Below, piece after piece: positions 1-12,700 of a stretch of DNA of 64,000 bases. This DNA is from Antedon mediterranea (Eukaryota; Animalia; Echinodermata). The notes below the pieces were generated by a model. It was not told where the DNA came from, made no database searches, and was given only the letters and a program-made list of their open reading frames with translations. The position numbers and the translations under genes were made by a program. Location of the stretch: NCBI RefSeq assembly GCF_964355755.1, contig NC_092670.1, forward strand, positions 14,060,795 to 14,124,794. Reading direction: 5' to 3'. Position 1 is the stretch's first letter. Every line of letters starts with the position of its first letter.

Positions 1-1
1 T

Positions 2-1095
2 CCATCATATTTCAAGTCAGGGATGTTTGCTGGTTGCACCTCCAGGTATGCACTTGCCTAATTTATAACGTTAATGCTGATCATGCTCCATAGTTTCCCG
101 AAAAAGAAATTGACCAATCAACAAATAAGGGCCTGCGGAAAATTACAAAAGAAAAAGTGTATAGTGTGCACTTTAAACATTAATTCATTTTGTGCTTTTT
201 ACATTTTCTGTTTCTTAGAGGCGCCCTGCATTTTGCGCTATATAAATTGAGCATTAATATTATTATTATAATGAAAATTTGCTACTTATAATAAATAATT
301 AAATCATTAATGATTAATTGTTAGTAAATATTAATGATTAAAAAGTTTGCACCATGCACTAAAATTTGTAAAATAAAAATATTTCAAATATTACTTTTTT
401 TTAACATTTATTCAATATTTACCAACAATCACTTGAAATTCCTCATTTTATTTTATCAGATTTCCGAGACCACTTCATCTAGACTCAGCGGTCACTAAAA
501 TAATGAAAGGTATCCTAAGAAATGAAGAAGTTATATTTGTACCATGGTACATGCAATATATGCCACTTCTCAAAGCGTGAGTATCATCTAAGATCTCATA
601 AATACAATCATTCTTGTAAACTTGGTTCCTTCTTGAACTGAATGCAACAACAATTGAGTTGACCAATCACAAGCAACAGTTCTGATGATCCATTGTGTTG
701 TGATTGGTCAAATTACTTGTGTCATGCTTATGTCCTTGAGTTGTATCCAAGTTTAAACCAAGCTAAATACATGAGCGCTTTTTGCATTAAATGGTTTCGC
801 CTCTGCTTTATTAACCCTACTAAAAATATGCAAGTTTCCTACTTTGGCAGTATAGTATATAAGATTTGTTTCTCATCACCCTAGATGCATAGAATAAAGT
901 TATTCCAGTAGAATGAGTGTATTCTGTACAAATACTGAGTAAATTAATTTATAATACATAAATAGATTACTGTATAATTATTATTTTTATATTTAATTTT
1001 TCAATAGACTTCTTCCTGTTCGGGCATTATTTGCGATTCTTGATTTCATCGGCACAACCAATTTCATGAGTGGCTACAAGGAAAAAGAGCAATGA
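2..1095 (+). CDS. 3' end (last three exons) of a short-chain dehydrogenase/reductase, SDR16C family (RDH10/SDR16C5/HSD17B11-like); 5' part lies outside the window
   Basis: Exons 2-45, 460-576 and 1008-1095 join through GT-AG introns (phase 2, phase 2) to give PSYFKSGMFAGCTSRFPRPLHLDSAVTKIMKGILRNEEVIFVPWYMQYMPLLKALLPVRALFAILDFIGTTNFMSGYKEKEQ*. This matches the SDR16C C-terminal pattern (PxxxxTGMFxG...ILxN...xP...LP...DFxG...M). AATAAA at 1201. Confidence 0.8.
618..810. mobile_element. Degenerate MITE with internal inverted CCAAT boxes (related to copies at 1681-1820, 32359-32538, 42007-42172)
   Basis: Ends resemble (A)GCTTGGTT...AACCAAGCT; contains the internal inverted pair TTGACCAATCACAA...TTGTGATTGGTCAA also seen in the other copies. 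Confidence 0.5.
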
Positions 1096-3322
1096 ACGAC
1101 GCCAACTTTATTTTAGCTGTTAGTCAATCACTGCGTTTTAGTAAACAATTTTTTTAGGGATTTTCATAAATGACAATGGGTAAGGATACATACTGTCTCA
1201 AATAAAAGCCATGATGAGCTAAACATGGACAAGAAATGTCAATAATAATATAGTCTATCTATAAGTTATATCCATTCAAGAACAATACAAATACTGGTAT
1301 TCCAAGGGTGCTTTTTTTAAACTGCATCAGGATGTTTCAACACCCAATATAGATTATCTTCTCCAAATCAGGTACAGTACCTCATTTTAAACATGTACAG
1401 TATATTCTATGTTTCTTACAGTATCTCAGATTACCTCATTTTAATGTGTATATTCTTTTTGATAGAAGTAATTAAGTGAAAGTATATTATATTAACGGGG
1501 TATTTGTTTAAGGATGAAACGATGTCAATGCAATTGTTATTTTATAGTTTAAGCCTCCATATGTGTCAAAACAGAGTCTACATAACTGAAAATATCCCCT
1601 GTAATATCCTTCCTCTCGGGTACAGTACCTCATGGAGAGTCTGTATGGTTGACTGCAGATGTTAGCAGCCTAGCCTATTTAAGCTTGGTTTTTTAGCAAC
1701 ACAGCTTAAGCACAAAACACCATGAGTTGACCAATCATGAGCGACAGTTTGGATGATCTATCGCATCTTGATTGGTCAGATTACTCACTTGTGTTGCATC
1801 CAAGTCATAAACAAGATTTAATTCTGTCCCACCATAATGTGCTGCTCACAGTATACTGTATGTATAATTCTAAGGTGAACACCAAATGTTGAGGTGGGAG
1901 GGGGTGGATGGGAGGTAATACGTTTTCATTTCATATTAGATTATTAGCAAAATGTTATTCATATTTTAGTACAGATTATAGATACAGTATTAGGAAATAT
2001 AGATGTAATAGATTTTTCTTTCCATTGAGTGGCACTGTTTGCGCATGAATGCCAATTTAGGCCTACTATACTTATTCTGTAGTATCGATATAATTGATGA
2101 TAATTATTTCAACAATAAGTATTTATTTTTTTATGATTTTATTTTTAGACCAATTAATAAAAATATATCTTTGAGTGAAAATTAAAATTATGACAAAAAA
2201 CTGTTGCTTACTGTATTTGTTGTGAAAATGTTGTGTGTTCACAAGAGATTCTGATATTACTCTTACATACTTTTATTCTTTCATGACAAAGTATATTATC
2301 ACACTTTTCATTTATATTGACCTCCCCAACTTACAAACTTTCACATAATAGAAATAGAGTAACAAAATTGGGTCATAAACGAACTGTATTCTGGCAACAC
2401 TATTACGTGGTTGTTTTTCTTTTTTTCGCGAAAGATGTCTGCCGTGTAAGAATAATAGAAGAAAAGAAGTGTATATTTTATCATTTAATTTCATGGTACA
2501 TTGTTTTATTTTTCATTTTGATAAATTATAAAGTCTAACTATTAATTATGCAATTTATTATAGATTAAATGGCCTAATATAAGCTCAGATTGAAGTAAGC
2601 GTAAATGTAGGCTAGGCAAACGACGTTGGCCGCAATGCTGTCTGCAGGCGCAGTGAGTCCGGGCAGTGATATGTATGATACTTGATAGGCCTACAAATAG
2701 CCATCCTTTTTTCTAGGCCTAAACATAGGGCGTGCCAAGGTCTGGAAGATTTAAGAAGATAGAAAACAGTTTTTTTTTAAATAAAGAATTAGATTTTAAA
2801 CAGAAATTAATACAGTAAAGTTTAGTAACTTTTTTTTCACAAACGTAAGTCGTAACTCAAGTCAAACTGCAAAAAATGTAGAATTGTGTTTGTTTTTTAT
2901 ATTGTAAATTGTATGCGCCTTTAATTTTTCAAAATCATGTGTCTGGCTTTATACAATGAAATCGGTCATGTTTTATTTTTATCACGCACAACGGAATGTC
3001 ACTGACTAGCTAAAGAACGTACTTACCCAAATAAACAAGTAAGTAATCAAGTCTCTAATTAAGATATTCAAACTCTTTTTTACTCAATAATATTTATAAT
3101 AAAGATGTTTAGTAAAAAATTGTAATAGGCAGGGGGATTCTTTTTTCCACAAAAATTGCCCATTCATGGCTCTTCAACTCGATACTTTAGCGTTCATTAC
3201 TGGGGTCCGAGATTATCAGACAAAATATATTTTATAAACAAATTTAATTTCTAGGAATGCAGGATTTTATTTTATTGCATACAATTACAACAAATAAATA
3301 AATCTTTTATATAATCTATTGA

Positions 3323-3670
3323 TACATGGAAACTTCATCTACTGCAGCGGTCTTTTTTTAGAGTCATGTAGATGGTCATCTTTTGGAGGGTCATAATTAA
3401 AGGGTTATTATTTTAGACTGATCATTTATTCGTCCTCACACTGGTCATTTATTCGTCTTCAGACTGGTCATTTACATGGAAACTTAATGTACTGCAGCGT
3501 GTTTTTTTTAGAGTCATGTAGATGGTCATCTTTTGGAGGTTCATAATTAAAAGGATTCTTTGCTGAAGGGTTATTATTTTAGACTGATCATTTATTCGTC
3601 CTCAGACTGGTCATTTACTCGTCTTCAAACTAGTCATTTATTCGTCTTCAGACTGGTCATTTATTCGTCT
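3323..3670. repeat. 150-bp tandem duplication containing a ~22-bp minisatellite (ACTGGTCATTTATTCGTCTTCAG)
   Basis: TACATGGAAACT recurs at 3323 and 3473; the short unit occurs about 7 times across both copies. Confidence 0.85.
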
Positions 3671-6600
3671 TTTGAGTATAGTTCTACTGGTCATAATCTA
3701 TTAGAGGTTAGTTAGAATCATTAAATAAAAGGAAATGGAAGGTAGCTACAAAAAAGAGTTTGGTATGGTAGGGTAATGGTAGGGTGAAAGTGGTAAAGAA
3801 ATACTTACAGTAGGAATTGCATGGATTCTATGCTACTAGATTTAATTAACTGGGTTTTAAAAGTTTCTTCTAGTGACACATGTACCAAATTACATCCTGA
3901 AATTCTAATTTTGCCTATTTTTCATTTGTTTTTGTTGCAAAGTATAATTTTTACTGGATTAATTAAAATCTTTTTAAACACGAAACTGAATATTTGATTA
4001 ATTTAAATGCAAACAAAACTGCAAATTCAATTTAATATTTTGTTGGAAAATTATGGTCACATGTTGCATTAGAACATCAATCAATATTTCCAATCATAAT
4101 AAATTATCTTTATCAAATATTATATATCTTCTTTCATTGTGAAAAACAGAATAAAATGTGTGTACTTTAATTGAATTTTAATTCCGCAGCCTGTGCAGTT
4201 TGAGAAAGTCTTTGGAAAAATATTTATAACTAAGATTAAAGTCTTGCTGTGTAATAAATAGTAATTTCCACATATTTTTTATTACATAATTAATATTTTA
4301 AATCACAAATTATTTTTATTTATCTCAATGTTGTTTATCAATATGACACGATAAATGAAACATCTTTATAAATGTCATTACATATGTTTCTCACCTCTTC
4401 ATGAATGCTGATGAACTGCGATTGGTTAACAGAGATGCAAAAATGTCAACACCGTTCTCTACATTATTAATTACATGTCGAGCACCGTTAGATAGGTATT
4501 GTGTAAGCTGTGCAGTTCTCTGTAGGTATTGTGTGGGCTAGCTTTCAGGTATCTATAGCATCATCAAGATTGTATTTAAAACATATGTTGCATTCACGGC
4601 CTTGCGCTGGAATACAAACTAAATTTACACTGGATGTTGTCACTGTGCTGATAAACGTGGCGGAATTTAGCAGGCTAGAGGAATATGTTTTGTTGTATGT
4701 ATAAATTCTGATTTGATCATTTAAGACATTTTTTTTTTCTTACCTGTACTTGATTTAGCTTTCCAGATTAAATTATCTAAATCCTTTTCTGAACGCATCA
4801 GCGATCTAATTTACTGAACTGCTGTTACATCTAATATTTAAGACTTAGATTCAGCAAACATATTTCTGATTCAAATATTAATATAGATTTAATAATGCAA
4901 AAAAATTATTAATACTAGTGATATACCTTGAACAAAACATCAGGTTCGAGGTCTTAATAGATACAGTATTTAATGTCATCTACAGGCAGTAAAGAAAAAT
5001 CATGCACAAAATGTACTTATAATACATTCAATAATAATTTAATAAAATATATCATTCGTGGTTTTATTTGCAAAACTGAAAACATTTGTTGGCTCGATAT
5101 GTTACCTGGAAAAACGCTTGCAAAATATTACTTTATTTACTAATTTGCTTAATGTGTTTGTATGCAAGTTTTGCTCTGTTTTTTTACAATGATATTTGTT
5201 TTATACGAGTATCGTATTTTTCTGATTTTTTTACAAATTTAGCTACTGTACCAACATTACCATGTCTATAGATTTTCCGAAAAATCTATATAATTGGTAT
5301 CATCAACTTATTTTAAAATCTTTTCGTTTTCAAAATTCCACGATGTGTCTTTGTTTATTTTATCAATAATCAGCTTCAGTTCATTTTATGTACCGAATAT
5401 GAGTCAGAGGTTTATATACAACAGTAGAAGTAGCTTCTTGTTGAAATTAATCATTAATAATTCATAATATAATGCTCATTATACTAAACATTAACATTAA
5501 TATTTTTAACAATACATAGTATTTCATATGATATTGATCATACAGTAGATCTGAATTTATAAATTATGTTATTCATAATTAACATAAAACAACTGTGAGT
5601 AAGGAATTAAGTATTTGAATTATTAATATTACAGATGATCATATCAAAATTATTCTAATGCATATACTGCAGTAACAACTTGTACATAATATCTTCAAAA
5701 CATTGTACTGGGACTAAATAAAAAACACCTAGGATAAGAATCTATAAAAAACATTTTATCATATAGACCTGCATAGAATAATAGAAACACATAGAATTGG
5801 AAAATTGGCTAATTTAACATTACAGCTACCGATAACTACATTGTTATCGCATAATTAGATTGAGTATACCCCACAAATTTTGTAAAACAACTTCATTAGT
5901 GATTTTGATCTGCTTCATAAACGAAATTAAAACAATTTACGTACGTAGCTACCGTAAGTTCAGTGAACCGAGTATGTGTAATAGGATGTCTTTAGTCGGA
6001 CTGCCATGAGTCGTTCTTCCTGCCTCTGTTTCAGCGTTTTCTACCGTACAGTTTTCACTCTCTAGAAACGGCGCAGAAATTGGAAATATCGTTATTTTCC
6101 ACCTTTTTGCAGCTGTTTTTTTTGTCTACTTCTTGCTGAAGTTACTTTTTTTTTTCTCCTGGTGTGATATAAATAAACCATCTATATGCTGTGTTTTCGC
6201 CATCCAGTAAGAATAAACATGGCCACTTCTAATTGGTATACTTCATTGGATGGTAGAGTATTTCAGTCTATTATTGTTCATGTTTTGTCAATTTTTAAAG
6301 GGACTTGCAATTTCTACATCTGACCTGATGATTGTAAAGAATTTGTGGTGTATGTAGTATGTGCACTTGTTAGTCATGTTACTTTGTTTTGGTTTTTAAA
6401 TTTACTTAATTTCATTCTCCAGTGAACATGTTGCATTTTTATATTGTTTTCACATGATTCAGAGTTTGGTAAAACCAAGGCAATCTAACAACAGGACGCT
6501 GAGAGTTTGACTTGCCAAGATAGGCTATCGTCACAGACTTAGATCTGCGGTTAGGCTTCGACGAATTCATACAAAGCCATCAAATTCTAGGCTATGTCTA

Positions 6601-6735
6601 CACCATATATTTAATTGTTTTATTGACTATTTAATACATTTTAATACATATTATATTATTATTGTCTAGTAGCCATTGATTTACTAAATTGTTAACCTAG
6701 TTTTTGTTTTCTTTTCAGCCAAAGAATTCCATGCC

Positions 6736-9700
6736 ATGGAGTTTGTTGAGTTTATCAAAACGCCAAAAGTCGACAACGTCGTACTACACAAGCGATATCA
6801 GCCACGGGTCGAGGGAACGCTATGCCTCACTGGTCACCATCTTATTCTGTCATCAAGAAAAACAAACACAGAGGAACTCTGGGTAAACTTTCTTGTGTTA
6901 TTATTATACCCCTTTCACACCAAAACTCAGGGTTTATGACCATTCTAAACGTCGAGAAATTCCGGATATACCCCTTTCACACCAATCTAACAACACCGGG
7001 GTTTATAAAATGAAATTGTAAATGTCGCTCTCTATTTTGTTTGTTTACATAGCGACGATCATTAGAATCATTTTAATTAACAATATTTTTAATTTAATAA
7101 TTACTTTTAAAAGTCTCAGAATGTTTTATTGATACTACTTATACTAAAGCAATCGTGTGAGGAAGACCTTTTGACCTAAAACTCCGGAGTTTTGATGTTG
7201 GTACCTTTCACACCAAAACACAGGGGCGACCCCGCAGTTCGATCTCTGGAGAATGTTCAGCTGTTAAACCCCGCAGTTTTAAACTCCGGAGTTGCTTGAT
7301 TTTACCTTTCACACCAAAACAGCGGGACGTCAACTCCGGAGTGTCTCCGGAGTTTTGATTTTGGTGTGAAAGCGGTATTATTCACACAGTATTAACTTGG
7401 TCAGTAGAATTCCACTAATTGACCCATCACTTTTTTAATTATTGCAAATAAATTAAATATTTGTATTTATCTGCAGCTTCTTCATAGCAATATTGATGCC
7501 ATAGAAAAGAAGTTAATAGGGTCAATGGGTCAGCTGACCATCAAGTGCAAGAACTTTAAGGTCATTCAATTGGACATTCCAAATGTTGACGACTGTCTCA
7601 ATGTGGTCAGTTCTATAGAATCACTCTCCAATATTGGTAAGTTTGATTTTTCTTCTGTGACGTTGCTACAGTGAGACACCCTATTCAAGAAACAGCCTAT
7701 TGTATAAAAGGGACACTTTCCAGAAACGATTGAGGCCCAATACAGTATATGTTTTAACGCTACAGCCAACTTCTTTTCAGAGTACACCTTTTTCACTATA
7801 CAATAGTCTGTGTCAAATGTCACGGTCCAGATTGATTGATATGTTGAGAAATATCGAGAGCTCTTTTTTCAGAATCATGTGAAGAGCATAAGAAATTTGT
7901 CTTTTAATACAGCTGCAGTAACAACTAAGTTTATGTAAATTACTGCAGTTTTTTTTTTTATTTGTAGAAACTATAAGTATGATGTATCCATTCTTCTATC
8001 GTCCAATGAGTACAGAGAAAACTGAAAATGGTTGGGAAGCATACTTACCAGAGATTGAATTTAACAAGATGGACAAAGATGTGTGGCGGCTTAGCACTGT
8101 TAACCAATCATATCAGGTATAAAAAATATTATTGTACTTAAATATGCACTATTACCAAAGTTAGACTCTGCGTAAATATGAATTAATAATCAGTTTGTTT
8201 ACCTAATTTTTGCACCTAATAGTTATTAAGTAATATAAAAATAGTACGAAAGTTCAAAAAGCTTTTGAAAAAATCAGCAGCTGATATAAATAATAGTAGT
8301 AATCTTCACTTTCACCAAAAACTGGATTGTAAAAAAAAACAATATTGACCTAAAAATCGTAATTTAAAGCAAAATATATTCTGATAATTATTTTTGTTGG
8401 TTTCTCATTCTACGGAAACTACAAAATAGTACATATAATAAATTTTACTTTAATTTCAGATAATTCACTTTATTTAACTGAAAATGTGGAAAAAAATCAT
8501 AATTGTTTTTCTTTAATACATTAAGTATATAGGGTTTAGGCTTGCTTGTAACACATATATATATATATATTTTTAGGTATGTAAAACATACCCCCATGCA
8601 GTAGTTGTACCCAAGACAATCACGGACGATATGTTGAAGCAGTCTGCTAGTTTTAGACATGGAGGGCGCTTTCCTGTGTTAAGTTATTATCACAAGAGTA
8701 ATAAGGTAAAGGCTTAATTTTCAATGTCGTAATAAATTGCATCCTAATGAAATATGGAATTTAATTGTGTATTCATTTCAACATCTTCCCTTGGACACTG
8801 TCTACACTATCAAACTAGTTTGACAAAAAAAGTGTGATGTGCCCAAATATAGTAGTGATATGCTCAAATATGGTAGAGTGATATGACATCATCATGTCCA
8901 TATATGGGCACATCAAATTTTTTGTCAGATAAAGTTTGATGGTGCAGACAAAGCTTTAAATTCATTGACTTCATCCTAGGACTTCATCTCTGTTTGTACT
9001 GAAACATGGTAGCATTTGTTAAATTTATTTTAAAGTACAGTATTACAAAACCTCTACTTTTATGACAAGGCATTTGATAGTCGGGTCATGTATAATTTAC
9101 AAGTGTCCCAACCTAGTGTAACTTTCTATTTTAATTTGTTTAAAATATTTCTAAATTTTTAATTTTTATAGACAAGTTTGTTGAGATCTAGTCAGCCATT
9201 AACAGGCCAGAGTGATAAAAGGTGTAAAGATGACGAGAAACTGCTAAATGCGTGCCTCGACACTAGTCACCGTGGTTACATCATCGATACACGGTCACAA
9301 AATGCATCATTAGCATCTAGAACAAAAGGTATGAGTGACATCTCCCAAAATTAGTTTGAGCTGACCCAAGTTTTGGTAAACAAATGAATAAAATTCAAAA
9401 ACCAATTTAGCAATTACTGAATCCATTTAAACAAATTGTTTTAGTAACTCATAACAGTGAAGTTGTATTGGCATTTAGCGGAACCAGATGAGCGACAAAG
9501 GGTACGCCTTCCTCTCTTTTGACATCCGTAAAATGAAAATAATGAAATACTTTTGACAGACTATATATTTGTTAGCACTGGATCTGCCCCTGTTTACATA
9601 TACACTTTTAAAAATTTGGTAATCATTTAATGTAATTTGTGTCCTATAGTACTATGTTCTCTCATCCACAAATGTGTGTTGTACGCATTGTTGCAACCAT

Positions 9701-12700
9701 TTATTTGTTGAATCTTTTGTTTTTTTGTATTAGGTGGAGGATTTGAGTCGGAATCAAATTATTCCCAGTGGAGAAGAATCAATAAACCCCTGGAAAAGTA
9801 TTCAAATCTACAAGAAAGCTTTGTCAAGCTACTGGAAGGTAAATACATTATTTTATATTAAAAAGGATACATTAATCATTCCCCATTTTACAATGACTAG
9901 CACAAACTTTACTCTGTGTGGATGGAAATATAGTGTTGTACAATATAGGTTTGATTTAATATATTATGAAGTAATCTTATTGCAAAAATTTAAATGTGTG
10001 TACAAGTGTGGATGACATACAACAGCTGACATCTCCCAATGTCCTTTTGTGTCGTATAGCTGCCACTAAATGGCTCTCATTCGCCACAGATGGACTTGTA
10101 CACCGAAGTAATCTACAGTATTCTTCCGGGGGATGTACTAAGTTCTTTAAATGCACACAGAGCTATATTATAAATCAAATAGCAGCTGCATAGGCAGGGT
10201 AGATAGAAAAAATCAAACAAGTTAAAACTGCCTTGACATAAATGTATTATATCATCATCACCTGATGATGGGCTATGCATGAAACATGTGGTGTTAACAA
10301 ATTTATAGTGAGGCAGTTTTTAATTTGTTTGATTTTGATTTTTTCAATCTACAGTACTATTTGTTTAAGATATATTATAATATGCATTGTGCAACCTCCT
10401 TATTCGAGAATATTTGACAATGGATTCTTTAACTTGAAATCATAATAATCTTTATCTTTTTTAGCATGTCGGGATAGGGGTTGTTCAATGGATAAGTGGC
10501 TGACGAGGTTAGAATCATGTAGTTGGCTAGATCATGTGAAGGAGTTACTGACAACGTCTTGTCTAACTGCCCAGTGTGTGGACAAAGAAGGTAGATAGAA
10601 TTACATTTCGTACTTATGATTGTGGTCAAAAACAAATAGCAGCATCTTATCTAACCCCACAATGTGTGGACAAAGAAGGTAGATAGAATTACATTTCGTA
10701 CTTATGATTGTGGTCAAAAACAAATAGCAGCATCTTATCTAACCCCACAATGTGTGGACAAAGAGGTAGATAGAATTACATTTCATACTTATGATTGTGG
10801 TCAAAAACAAATAGCAGCATCTTATCTAACCCCACAATGTGTGGACAAAGAAGGTAGATAGAATTACATTTCGTACTTATGGTTGTGGTCAAAAACAAAT
10901 AGCAGCATCTTATCTAACCCCACAATGTGTGGACAAAGAGGTAGATAGAATTACATTTCATACTTATGATTGTGGTCAAAAACAAATAGCAGCATCTTAT
11001 CTAACCCCACAATGTGTGGACAAAGAAGGTAGATAGAATTACATTTCATACTTATGATTGTGGTCAAAAACAAATAGCAGCATCTTATCTAACCCCACAA
11101 TGTGTGGACAAAGAAGGTAGATAGAATTACATTTCATACTTATGATTGTGGTCAAAAACAAATAGCAGCATCTTATCTAACCCCACAATGTGTGGACAAA
11201 GAAGGTAGATAGAATTACATTTCATACTTATGATTGTGGTCAAAAACAAATAGCAGCATCTTATCTAACCCCACAATGTGTAGACAAAGAGGTAGATAGA
11301 ATTACATTTCGTACTTATGATTGTGGTCAAAAACAAATAGCAGCATCTTATCTAACCCCACAATGTGTGGACAAAGAAGGTAGATAGAATTACATTTCAT
11401 ACTTATGATTGTGGTCAAAAACAAATAGCAGCATCTTATCTAACCCCACAATGTGTAGACAAAGAGGTAGATAGAATTACATTTCATACTTATGATTGTG
11501 GTCAAAAACAAATAGCAGCATCTTATCTAACCCCACAATGTGTGGACAAAGAGGTAGATAGAATTACATTTCGTACTTATGATTGTGGTCAAAAACAAAT
11601 AGCAGCATCTTATCTAACCCCACAATGTGTGGACAAAGAAGGTAGATAGAATTACATTTCATACTTATGATTGTGGTCAAAAACAAATAGCAGCATCTTA
11701 TCTAACCCCACAATGTGTAGACAAAGAGGTAGATAGAATTACATTTCGTACTTATGATTGTGGTCAAAAACAAATAGCAGCATCTTATCTAACCCCACAA
11801 TGTGTGGACAAAGAAGGTAGATAGAATTACATTTCGTACTTATGATTGTGGTCAAAAACAAATAGCAGCATCTTATCTAACCCCACAATGTGTGGACAAA
11901 GAGGTAGATAGAATTACATTTCATACTTATGATTGTGGTCAAAAACAAATAGCAGCATCTTATCTAACCCCACAATGTGTGGACAAAGAAGGTAGATAGA
12001 ATTACATTTCGTACTTATGGTTGTGGTCAAAAACAAATAGCAGCATCTTATCTAACCCCACAATGTGTGGACAAAGAGGTAGATAGAATTACATTTCATA
12101 CTTATGATTGTGGTCAAAAACAAATAGCAGCATCTTATCTAACCCCACAATGTGTGGACAAAGAAGGTAGATAGAATTACATTTCATACTTATTGTGGTC
12201 AAAAACAAATAGCAGCATCTTATCTAACCCCACAATGTGTGGACAAAGAAGGTAGATAGAATTGCATTTGATATAAGTTGACTTCGCCTAAGCTGTCCCT
12301 GCCCAAGATTCATCATTATATTATTTATATATTGTACTGTATGTTATTTGATATTTTATTGGAAATATGCTAGTTGAATACGAAATAAGAAGAAAACAAT
12401 TCCTTGGCTAACAACACAGTCCTGCTTTCATTTCTCATTACAATGTTTAATCCCACAATAATAACTTGTTTGCTATGTTGTAGGTGCTTGTGTGCTAGTG
12501 CACGGCTCAGAAGGCCTAGATGCTACCTTACAAATAACATCACTAGCTCAAGTGATTCTTGACCCAGATTGCCGAACTATGCGAGGGTTAGTATGCCTAT
12601 GCCTGTTTTCTCGTTTCCTTAAATCACCTATATCTGGAGTAGAAGCATAATTATAAAGTTGAATTATAAGCCCCTCTTGAAAATAAAGTCCCAACAGCTA

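Noticed and set aside
6219-6323. 34-codon upstream ORF (MATSNWY...) before MTMR9
   Set aside because: The 5' UTR exon structure cannot be fixed from sequence alone and the peptide is unrecognisable.
10575-12269. Regular repeat array as a CRISPR array, or its repeated 65-94 aa ORFs as a gene family
   Set aside because: No unique spacers, no cas genes, eukaryotic intron context; the ORFs are by-products of 87/88-bp periodicity.
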